From Myxococcota bacterium (GTDB lineage: Bacteria > Myxococcota_A > UBA9042 > PHBI01 > JAWLBL01): a DNA stretch of 64,000 nucleotides. Shown in pieces: positions 34,777-42,772 of this stretch; the first letter of the stretch is position 1; the number at the start of each line of letters is the position of its first letter. A program made the translations under genes and the position numbers. The stretch is from the NCBI GenBank assembly GCA_041687695.1, contig JAWLBL010000014.1, positions 32,001-96,000 of the forward strand. The letters are read 5' to 3'. The notes beneath the pieces were generated by a model, which was given only the letters and a program-made list of their open reading frames with translations, was not told the DNA's origin and searched no databases.

Positions 34777-35193
34777 TCATTCGCGGAGCAGGCGCGCCCC
34801 GAGGAAGCCGAGCGCGAAGAACCCGGCCATCGAGAAGCCCGGGTGCGCGCGCATCTCGTGCTGCACCCGCTCGATGAGCTCGTCCGCGGAGCGGCTCTCG
34901 AGCATGTCCGAGGCGCTGCGCACCCAGCCCGCCGCCATCGACGACAGCGACTCGATGCGCTCGTCGACCTGCTCCTCGTGGGAAGCCTCCTCGAGGTGCT
35001 CGGCGATGGCCCGCAGCCCGCTCGCGATGTCGTGCTTTTTGCTGTCGGCGATGCCCGCGGCCTTGTGCATGGCCGACGAGCCGAGCTTCTTCGCCCGCTC
35101 ACGCGCCTCGTCCGACAGGTTGTCCTGTCCTCGCTGGGGAGGCGTCTCGAACCCCCCCGAGGACGACTGCCAGCTCGGGTTTCGTTCATCCAT
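34777..35193 (-). CDS. YqjD/ElaB-like tail-anchored protein
   Basis: RBS GGAGG; helical body ending RAHPGFSMAGFFALGFLGARLLRE. Confidence 0.72.
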   Translation of the reverse strand: MDERNPSWQSSSGGFETPPQRGQDNLSDEARERAKKLGSSAMHKAAGIADSKKHDIASGLRAIAEHLEEASHEEQVDERIESLSSMAAGWVRSASDMLESRSADELIERVQHEMRAHPGFSMAGFFALGFLGARLLRE

Positions 35194-35465
35194 GGCCAAC
35201 CTCCTGTTGCAACTCGGATGACGTCGAGGGGGCGGCGGCGCTCGCGCCCTCGCCGATCGCAGCTATGTATCGAAATCCTATGCACTAATCGCTAAGGCTC
35301 CACCCAGCCCGCGCCCCGCGACGGGTCCCCCGGACGCCAGGAATTTGGACGCGCCCGCGTCCTCGCGGCACCCTCGCGCGCGTTCGCCCCATCGCCGGAC
35401 CCACGGCTCCCGCGAGGCCGCACCGGCCTCGACGGCCCGGGCCCCGCGCTGCCCACGGTGCTGCC

Positions 35466-35939
35466 ATGAGCGTTGCCCTGCCCCACCCCGAGGCCTCTCC
35501 CGCCGGCTCGCCCAGCGACCGCCGCCCGAACCCGCTCCGCCGCGAGACCGCGCGCCCCCGCCTCGAGGTCGTCCGGACCTCGGACGAGCTGAGCTCGGTC
35601 GTGCTCGTCGAGGCGAGCCCGTCCCCCCACGACGCCGTCATCGCCTCGCTGCGCGAGCACCTGGCGACGCTGGCCACGCGCTACGCCGAGCACGTGGCGG
35701 ACCTCGAGCGGCGCCTCGACGACAAGCGCGAAGAGGCCGAAGAGGGTTGGCGCATCGCCCAGGCCGCGCAGGCCAGGGCCAAGGCGCTGACCGCCCGCGT
35801 GGGGTCGCTGGAGCAGGCCCTGAGCCTGACCCAGTCCACCGTGACGGACCTCGAGGCGCGCAACGCCCGCCTGGCCGAGGCCGCGAGCCTGCCCTGGTGG
35901 GCGTTCAAGCGCCGCCGCGAGCTGGTCGAGGGGGCCTGA
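35466..35939 (+). CDS. Hypothetical coiled-coil protein
   Basis: Heptad-rich central region; C-terminal LPWWAFKRRREL; GC3-biased codons. Confidence 0.65.
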   Translation: MSVALPHPEASPAGSPSDRRPNPLRRETARPRLEVVRTSDELSSVVLVEASPSPHDAVIASLREHLATLATRYAEHVADLERRLDDKREEAEEGWRIAQAAQARAKALTARVGSLEQALSLTQSTVTDLEARNARLAEAASLPWWAFKRRRELVEGA

Positions 35940-36158
35940 GCAGACCCGATCGGTCAGCGGTGGCGGTAGACCTTTCCCGAGTCCGAAGGCCGAATCCGTG
36001 GCCCGGCTCCGTGGCTGTGTCGGCGCACCGAGCCCTTCCGCCGTGGCCGCGGCTGGCCCGGACGGTCTGGCTTCGAGCGCCCGACCCACCGCGCAGCGAG
36101 CTGCGCGACCCACGAGCACGAGCAAGCTCGTGCAGTCCGGAAGCAGCATCCCAGTGAG

Positions 36159-36323
36159 GGCCACGGCCACGGCCTCGGCCACGGTCCAACGGCCACGGTC
36201 CACGGTCATCGCGAAGGCCACGGCCACCGTCACGGCCACCGCCGGCCACGGTCACGGCCACGGTCCACGGCCACGGTCCACGGCCACGGTCCACGGCCAC
36301 GGTCCACGGCCACGGCCACGGTC
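36159..36323. repeat. Intergenic GGCCAC/GGTCCAC short-unit array (copy 2)
   Basis: About 165 bp of mixed 6- and 7-mer units between convergent genes. Confidence 0.85.
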
Positions 36324-36424
36324 TACCCCCGCGGCCGGTCATCGAGGGGGCCTGAGCCCTGTGCGGTTGGTCGAGAGGGCCTGAGCCCCCGGTCGCTCAG
36401 CGAGGCGTCCCGCCCCCCTGCCGA

Positions 36425-38083
36425 TTACGGCGCGGCAGGGGCCCCGGGCGCGGCGCCAGGTGTCGGCTGAGCGCCGGGCGCCGGCTGGGTGCCCGCGTCC
36501 GGCGACGGCGCCGGGGCCGGCTGCGCATCGGGCGCGGCGCCAGGCGTCGGCTGCGCCCCCGGGACGGCCTCGGGCGGGGCCTCGGGCGCGGCGGGCGCGG
36601 CCGGCGGCTCGACGCCCTGGGGCGGCATCGGGACGGCCGGCGCGCTGCCCGGCGGCTGCACCGGCGCGCCGGCGGGCGGACTGGGCACGGTCGGCTGCCC
36701 CGCCCGGTCCTGGAGATCGGCCGGCGGGACGCCGCGCAGGGCCAGCTGCCCCTGGCGGGCGTAGTCGATGGCCTGCGCCAGCACGCGCGCGGCCTCCTCG
36801 GGGGCGTGGAAGCCCATCGAGTTCTCGGCCTCGATGAAGTCGACGTAGAACTGGGCGCGCCGCTGCATCTCCTGAGCCTGGGCGATGCCCACGGCCGCGG
36901 CGCCCGCGGCCCGCGAGCGCTCGAGATCGCCGATGAGCGCGACCAACGCGTCCATGGCGCGGTTGCGCAGGGCGTAGGTGCGGTCCTGGATGGTGTAGAC
37001 GCGCTCGCGCAGCTCCTCCTCGCTGGCCTTGTGGCAGGTCTGGCAGGCGCGGTTGATGTTGAGCAGCGGGCTGCGGACGTGGTGGTCGCTGAGCTTGAGG
37101 GCGCCCTCGCGCTTGTAGGGCATGTGGCAGTCGGCGCAGGTGACGCCCGCGCGCGCGTGGATGCCCTGGTTCCACATCTCGAACTCGGGGTGCTGCGCCT
37201 TGAGGACCGGCGCGCCGGTCAGCGCGTGGGTCCAGTCCTTGAACCCCACCTCCTGGTAGTAGGCGTACATGTCATCGACGCGCAGCCCGTTGTGCCACGG
37301 GTAGGTGAGGCGCTTCTCACTGCCCTTGAAGTAGTACTCGACGTGGCACTGGCCGCAGACGAAGGCGCGCATCTCCTGGTGGGTCGCCTGGGTGTTCACG
37401 TCGTAGTCCGGGTCATTCTTGACCAGGCGGATGGCCTCGATGAAGCCGGGGCGCGTCACGCGCAGCTGCATGGTCTGCGGGTGGTGGCAGTCGATGCAGG
37501 CCACCGGGTGCTCGACGTGCTCGACCGCCTGCTGGTAGGGCATCTGGTTGAGGACCTCGAAGCCCTTGATGAGGTCGCCGTCGCCGGCCTTCTTGTAGGC
37601 GACGTAGGTCGAGGCGTGGCAGTGCAGGCAGGTCCCCGGCTGCTGCGTCACCCCCTGCCGCTCGGTGAAGACCTGGTCCGAGAGCATGTAGGCGTGGCCG
37701 CGCTCCTCGCGGAAGTCGGTCGCGAAGGCGTAGCCGGCCCACATGGTCTTCAGGCGCGGGTCCTCCTCGAGGCGCGACTGCGCGACGATGGAGCGCGGAT
37801 CGGCGTCGGTCGGGGTCCGCTGGACGGCCTCGCTGCCGCCGTAGCGCGTGCGCTGCTGGTCGACCGTGCGCCGGTAGTCGTCGTACTGCCGCGGGAAGTT
37901 CTTGCCCCACACCGCCGGGTCGACCGTCTCGTCGTCCAGCTCGACCACGCGGTAGAAGGGGTTGCGCGCCTCCTGGCGGCGCTCGAAGATGTTCACGAGC
38001 AGCATCGCCACCAGGGCCGCGGCCAGCGCGCCCGCCGCGGCGGCCGCGACGAGCATGAAGCGTCGGGATTGCCAAAAGCGCAT
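36425..38083 (-). CDS. nrfA: Ammonia-forming pentaheme cytochrome c nitrite reductase (CXXCH-type heme 1)
   Basis: Heme motifs CLHCH, CIDCH, CGQCH, CADCH, CQTCH; MWAGYAF, ERGHAY, CHVEYYF, KAQHPEFE, AENSMGFHAP. Confidence 0.96.
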   Translation of the reverse strand: MRFWQSRRFMLVAAAAAGALAAALVAMLLVNIFERRQEARNPFYRVVELDDETVDPAVWGKNFPRQYDDYRRTVDQQRTRYGGSEAVQRTPTDADPRSIVAQSRLEEDPRLKTMWAGYAFATDFREERGHAYMLSDQVFTERQGVTQQPGTCLHCHASTYVAYKKAGDGDLIKGFEVLNQMPYQQAVEHVEHPVACIDCHHPQTMQLRVTRPGFIEAIRLVKNDPDYDVNTQATHQEMRAFVCGQCHVEYYFKGSEKRLTYPWHNGLRVDDMYAYYQEVGFKDWTHALTGAPVLKAQHPEFEMWNQGIHARAGVTCADCHMPYKREGALKLSDHHVRSPLLNINRACQTCHKASEEELRERVYTIQDRTYALRNRAMDALVALIGDLERSRAAGAAAVGIAQAQEMQRRAQFYVDFIEAENSMGFHAPEEAARVLAQAIDYARQGQLALRGVPPADLQDRAGQPTVPSPPAGAPVQPPGSAPAVPMPPQGVEPPAAPAAPEAPPEAVPGAQPTPGAAPDAQPAPAPSPDAGTQPAPGAQPTPGAAPGAPAAP

Positions 38084-38094
38084 GGCCTGCTCTC

Positions 38095-38607
38095 CTAATT
38101 GAAGTCTGGGTGGCCTACGGTGCCGTGACAGCGGATGCAGCTCATCCGATCGTCGGGGTCACCCTGGCCCCCGGCCAGGGCGGGGTGCTCGATCATGTCG
38201 GTCACGTCGGCGTGACAGCTCCGGCACGTCTGCTCGGTGACGCGCCGGTTGGAGCCGCGGATCTGGATGGGCTCGTGGAAGTCGCCGGTGGTGAAGGCGT
38301 ACGAGTGCCAGAACCCGTTCTCGGCCTTGACCCAGTACTTGTGGAAGAACGAGTCGTGCGGCGCGTGGCAGTCGTTGCAGACCGCGACCGCGTGGTGGGT
38401 CGACTTCTGCCAGCCGTCGTAATAGGGCTGCATGATGTGGCAGTTGGCGCAGGCCGCGGGGTCGTTGGTCAGGTACGAGGCCCCCTCGGCGTAGACGAAG
38501 GTGTAGGTCCCGACGCCCACGGCGCTGCCAGCGACCACGGCGACCACCAGGCCGAGCGACACGGTCAGCTTGGTCAAGCGTCTGTTGGGAACCTTGGGCT
38601 CGGCCAT
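38095..38607 (-). CDS. nrfH: Tetraheme cytochrome c nitrite reductase small subunit
   Basis: N-terminal TM; SYLTNDPAACANCHIM, CNDCH, KAENG, CRSCH, CIRCH; directly upstream of nrfA. Confidence 0.95.
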   Translation of the reverse strand: MAEPKVPNRRLTKLTVSLGLVVAVVAGSAVGVGTYTFVYAEGASYLTNDPAACANCHIMQPYYDGWQKSTHHAVAVCNDCHAPHDSFFHKYWVKAENGFWHSYAFTTGDFHEPIQIRGSNRRVTEQTCRSCHADVTDMIEHPALAGGQGDPDDRMSCIRCHGTVGHPDFN

Positions 38608-38755
38608 CGCCTCTCCCTGCACTGCGTGCGCTGCGCCCGCACGGAGCCTGATGCGCCCCGAGCGTCCTCACCGAGATGGAGTCGCCCCGAGGTCTAATCG
38701 ACTCGGGCAGCGCCAACAAGGGAATAGTCTTCGCCGCGCCGCGGCCGGAACAGCC

Positions 38756-40222
38756 CTATTCGGCGTCGTGCGGCAAGCTCGAGTGCGGTGAGCGCAGGTA
38801 CACGAACGGCGTCAGGTGCAGGAAGTTCGACACGCGCGACAGGTAGATGTCCGCGTAGCGCTCGATCTGGCGCGCGGCGTGGCTCTTGTCGTTGCCGGCG
38901 CGCATCAGCAGGCCCCAGCGGGCGTTGCTGAGCTGGCTGGAGCGCTGGGCCAGGGGCGCGATGCGGGCGTCGAGGGCGACCAGGGTCTCGCGCAGCTCGG
39001 TGAACCTCGCCTCGAGGCGCTCGGCCGGCTCGTCGGGCTGCGGGCCATAGCCGGCGCGCTTGCGCTGCAGCGCGATGCGGACCAGCGACAGCGCGTGCTC
39101 GAGCCGGGTCTTGTCGACCATCATCTCCGACAGGCGCCGCTGGTCGTCCTCGAAGCCGCCGATGGCCTCGACCTCGGCCTCGAGCTCGCGCACGACCAGG
39201 GCCGTGCGCCAGCGCAGCACGCTCTTGGTGACGTTGACGTCGGCGAAGATGTGGTCGCCGACGTACAGGATCTCGGAGCCGCTGAGGCCGAGCTGGCGCT
39301 CGATGATGGCCGCGTCGCCGCCGTGGTAGGTCCGCCCCGGCTCGAGCGGGCCGATGACGGGGCGCAGCAGGCCCTCCTCGTTGACCACCTCGTAGATGGG
39401 GTTGCGCTGCGAGAAGAACAGGGGCTTGCGCGCCGAGACGATGCGCAGGTCGAACAGATCGCGCCAGGTCATGCCGTCGGGCAGGAAGCGGTCGAAGGCC
39501 CACGTCATCATGGCCGACGTGTAGTGCCACTCGCTGTTGGTGATGAGCAGCAGCTTCTTTCCGGCGGCGCGCTGGTCGAGCAGGGTCAGGGGCAGATCGG
39601 GGTCCAGGTCGACGTAGTGCTCGGGGTTCGCGATGATCTCGGCCTTGAGCCGCCCCTCCATGTGGGTCTCGTCGATGTTGCGGCGCACCAGGGCGTACAG
39701 GTCGGCGTAGCCGATGGCCTTGGGCAGGCGCCCCTCGTCGAGGAGATCGACCAGCTGCATGTACATGCAGGCTTCGGACAGCGAGAAGAAGGTGTTGAGG
39801 AAGACCCAGCGCGGCTCGCGCAGATCGATGACCGTGCGGGCGTACAGCTCGCGGTAGGCCTCGAACTCGAGCGGGCGCGTGCCGTGGGTGGCCGACTTGA
39901 CGAAGCCGAAGCGGTCGCACTTGACGACGTTGCCCAGCTCGGTGTCGAGGATGAGCCCGCGGATGACCAGGTCGGGATCGAACTCGAGCGCGCCGACCGG
40001 CCAGCCCAGCTCGCCCATCTTCTCGCGCAGGTACTCGTAGGCCCGCCGCTCCCACGCCCCCACGTGGTAGTGGATGAGCGTGTAGTCCATGTCGTAGCCG
40101 ATGGCGCGGATGGCGCGCAGGTTCAGCGTCCGGTTGCAGAAGATGCCGCGGCCGCGCGGGGGCGGCGTCAGCTGCTGCGTCGTCGTGGTCAGGGGCTCGG
40201 TAGAGGGCTCGGGTCGGGTCAT
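38756..40222 (-). CDS. HAD-IG family (cN-II-like) 5'-nucleotidase
   Basis: IFCNRTLNL, GYDMDYTL, LLITNS, ARKPLFF, YVGDHIFAD, ERYADIY. Confidence 0.93.
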   Translation of the reverse strand: MTRPEPSTEPLTTTTQQLTPPPRGRGIFCNRTLNLRAIRAIGYDMDYTLIHYHVGAWERRAYEYLREKMGELGWPVGALEFDPDLVIRGLILDTELGNVVKCDRFGFVKSATHGTRPLEFEAYRELYARTVIDLREPRWVFLNTFFSLSEACMYMQLVDLLDEGRLPKAIGYADLYALVRRNIDETHMEGRLKAEIIANPEHYVDLDPDLPLTLLDQRAAGKKLLLITNSEWHYTSAMMTWAFDRFLPDGMTWRDLFDLRIVSARKPLFFSQRNPIYEVVNEEGLLRPVIGPLEPGRTYHGGDAAIIERQLGLSGSEILYVGDHIFADVNVTKSVLRWRTALVVRELEAEVEAIGGFEDDQRRLSEMMVDKTRLEHALSLVRIALQRKRAGYGPQPDEPAERLEARFTELRETLVALDARIAPLAQRSSQLSNARWGLLMRAGNDKSHAARQIERYADIYLSRVSNFLHLTPFVYLRSPHSSLPHDAE

Positions 40223-40333
40223 CGGGGGTCCTGGCGGGGGCGTGCGGGCCGCGTCAGGCGGCCGGAACGGGCAAGCTCGCCCCGAAGCGGGGTCGAGCGC
40301 AAGTCTCGTGCCTTCGATCGCCCACGCCGCACG

Positions 40334-40597
40334 GGCCTGGCACCTGGTCCGACCAGGTCTGGTACCTGCTCCGACCAGGCCTGGCACCTACTCAGACCTG
40401 GTCTGGCACCTACTCAGACCTGGTCCGGCACCTACTCAGACCTGGTCTGGCACCTACTCAGAGCTGGTCTGGCACGTACTCAGACCTGGTCTGGCACCAA
40501 CTCAGACCTGGTCTGGCATCTACTCAGAGCTGGTCTGGCATCTACTCAGAGCTGGTCTGGCACCTACTCAGACCAGGTCCGGTACCTACTCCGCACA
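40334..40597. repeat. Tandem array of 12 x 22-bp units, consensus GGTCTGGCACCTACTCAGACCT
   Basis: Exact 22-bp register from 40334 to 40597; no spacers; edge units most diverged. Confidence 0.95.
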
Positions 40598-40623
40598 GGC
40601 CGCGCCCCCACGCCGCAGGTCCG

Positions 40624-41394
40624 TCAGCGCGGCAGGAAGCCGAGCGCGACGGGCACCTCGGTGCCGCCGGGGACGCTGACGCGCAGGTCGCCGATCGCGG
40701 CGAAGAGCTGGGCCGACGGGCCGCCGTCCATCATCAGGGCCCAGGCGCAGCCGAGGCCCCCGTCGGCCTCGGGGGTGCGGAAGATGCGCGCGAGCAGGTT
40801 CGACTCGAGCGGCACGGAGCCCGACACGACGACCACCAGCTGCCCGTCCGCCCGGAGGCCGATGGCGGCCCGGCGCGCGGTCTGCGGCTTGAGCGACAGC
40901 GCCTCGCCGGCGACCACCATGCGCGGGCCCACCTGGACGGCGGTCGTGACCTTGGCGTCCGGCTCCCACTCGCGGGTGTGCACGAGGCGCGCCTCATGGC
41001 CTTTGAACGACAGGACGCCCCAGTCGGCCTTGCGCAGGGGGTTCAGCTGGCGCCCCTCGTCGACCAGCAGCCCCAGCGGGCGGGCGTGCTCGTCGAAGAA
41101 CGAGGCGTTGACCGCCAGGGCGGCGCCGGCCTCGCGGGCCAGGGCCTCTACGGTGGCGGTGGCGCGGCCGGCCTGCTGGCGGGCGTCCAGCACACGCGGC
41201 CGCCAGCGCTTCAGATCGACGCGGAAGGCGTGGAGCTTCCACGGCAACCCGAACAGCGACGGGCTGGCGGACAGCTCGCGGTAGGCCAGCCCGGGCGCGA
41301 CCTCGCGCCACTGGGCGGCGGCGGCGGCGGGGGCGGCCAGCGTCATCACGACGAGCAGGGTGAGCAGCCAACGGCCAGGGCGCAGAGCGGGCAC
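40624..41394 (-). CDS. Phosphodiester glycosidase (NAGPA/DUF2233-like) exported protein
   Basis: GTG start with GAGG RBS; signal peptide; AVNASFF, PLGLLV, QVGPR, ARRAAIG, ALMMDGGPSAQL. Confidence 0.85.
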   Translation of the reverse strand: MPALRPGRWLLTLLVVMTLAAPAAAAAQWREVAPGLAYRELSASPSLFGLPWKLHAFRVDLKRWRPRVLDARQQAGRATATVEALAREAGAALAVNASFFDEHARPLGLLVDEGRQLNPLRKADWGVLSFKGHEARLVHTREWEPDAKVTTAVQVGPRMVVAGEALSLKPQTARRAAIGLRADGQLVVVVSGSVPLESNLLARIFRTPEADGGLGCAWALMMDGGPSAQLFAAIGDLRVSVPGGTEVPVALGFLPR

Positions 41395-41488
41395 GGCGTT
41401 CCTCGATGGGGTGACGGTCGTCGCCCGTTGTAGCGGAACGCGCCGCGGCGCGCCCGGTCGCGGTCGCCGCGGCCGGGCCGATCGGGCG

Positions 41489-42772
41489 TCAGTGCCCCGG
41501 GTGGGGCGGCTCGAGGCTGAGGTCGGGCGGCGCCTCGCCCGGCGGCTCGGGGGGCGGGACCGGGGCGACCTGGGCGGCGCAGACGTCGTCGGGGGTCCCC
41601 GTCTGGCGGTCGGGGCCATCGGAGCACAGCGTGAAGCCCGGCGCTTCGTCGACCAGCGCGTAACGCAGCGGCCGCTTCCAGGCGTCGTCGAGCGGTCCGA
41701 AGCCCTCGGCGCGGACCAAGGTCTCGAGATCCGGCGGCAGCTGCCCGGTGCGGCGCCGCGTCAGCTCGAGCGCGTTGGCGACGCCCGTGAGCTGCTGGAC
41801 CACCAGCGTGCGGTTCGCCTCGTCGACGCGGCCGTCGAACCAGCTCGCGATGACCTCGGCGCCCGCCCCGACCAGGGCCTTGGCGTCCACGTCCGCGCGG
41901 GCGGTCAGGGCGACGCCGCCGGGGCCCGGCTCGACCTTGGCGTCCTTCAGGAAGGCCTGGACCATCGCGCCCACCTGGCGCCGCAGCTCGGGCGGCAGAC
42001 CGGCGCCGGGCGCGGCGGCCTCGCCCTCCCCGGCCGGCGCCTCGCCCTCGGACAGCGCGGCGACCAGCTTGCGCGCGTCGTCCAGCGCCGCGCCCAGGCG
42101 CGCGTCGACGTCCTCGCCCTCGGCCCACCCGCGCAGCTCGAGCGGGCTGAGCCGCAGCGACAGCGCACCCTGCCGCAGCCCCAGCGCGGGGCGCTCGGCC
42201 GACGCGAAGAGCAGCGGCGCGTCGCGGTCGACCCTCTCCAGCGCGCGCCCGGCGCCGTGGGTCAGGGTCGACGGCGCCTCGGCCGCGTGCACGGCCAGGA
42301 CGGCCTTGACGCCGCGGATGGTGCCGACCGCGAAGTGGTGCTCGTCGAAGGCCACGCCCGCCATGAACGTCCGGCGCCACCCGGGCCGGCCGCCGACCTC
42401 GGCCTGCTGGAAGCCAAAGGCCTGGGCCCGCGCGGCCAGGATCTCGGCCGGCGCCCCACGGGTGCGGAAGACCGCGACCGCGTCGTTGCCGGGCAGCGCT
42501 GCGATGGCCACGCCCTCGGTCTGCTTCCAGACCTCGTCGGAGGTCAGCTCGGCCATGCCGTGCCCGGCGCGCGCGGTCGCCTCCTTGAGCCGCCGCAGCG
42601 CCTCGTCGGTGAAGACCTCGCCCGGCCGCCCGGCGACGACCAGGGTGGAATCGGCCGGCAGCAGGTGGACGGGGGCGCCGGTCGCGCCCGAGGACGCGCG
42701 CAGCCACAGGAGGGCGGCCACGGCCGCCACGAGCAGGGCGGCGATGGCGCCGAGAAGGACCTTGCGATTCAT
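41489..42772 (-). CDS. Membrane-anchored protein with C-terminal GspG/T2SSG-like domain
   Basis: N-terminal TM; C-terminal ALEL..TGQLPPDLETLV..DDAWKRPLRY..FTLCSDGPDRQTGTPDD. Confidence 0.7.
   Translation of the reverse strand: MNRKVLLGAIAALLVAAVAALLWLRASSGATGAPVHLLPADSTLVVAGRPGEVFTDEALRRLKEATARAGHGMAELTSDEVWKQTEGVAIAALPGNDAVAVFRTRGAPAEILAARAQAFGFQQAEVGGRPGWRRTFMAGVAFDEHHFAVGTIRGVKAVLAVHAAEAPSTLTHGAGRALERVDRDAPLLFASAERPALGLRQGALSLRLSPLELRGWAEGEDVDARLGAALDDARKLVAALSEGEAPAGEGEAAAPGAGLPPELRRQVGAMVQAFLKDAKVEPGPGGVALTARADVDAKALVGAGAEVIASWFDGRVDEANRTLVVQQLTGVANALELTRRRTGQLPPDLETLVRAEGFGPLDDAWKRPLRYALVDEAPGFTLCSDGPDRQTGTPDDVCAAQVAPVPPPEPPGEAPPDLSLEPPHPGH

Noticed and set aside
35292..36384. ORFs with VAVAV/TATAT/HGHG/PWPW repeats (also 52583-53836 and 31385-31633)
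   Set aside because: Translations of the non-coding GGCCAC arrays in several frames.
40334..40597. CRISPR or TIGR-like guide array
   Set aside because: Units abut with only scattered point differences; there are no unique spacers and no cas or Nop-domain gene in the window.
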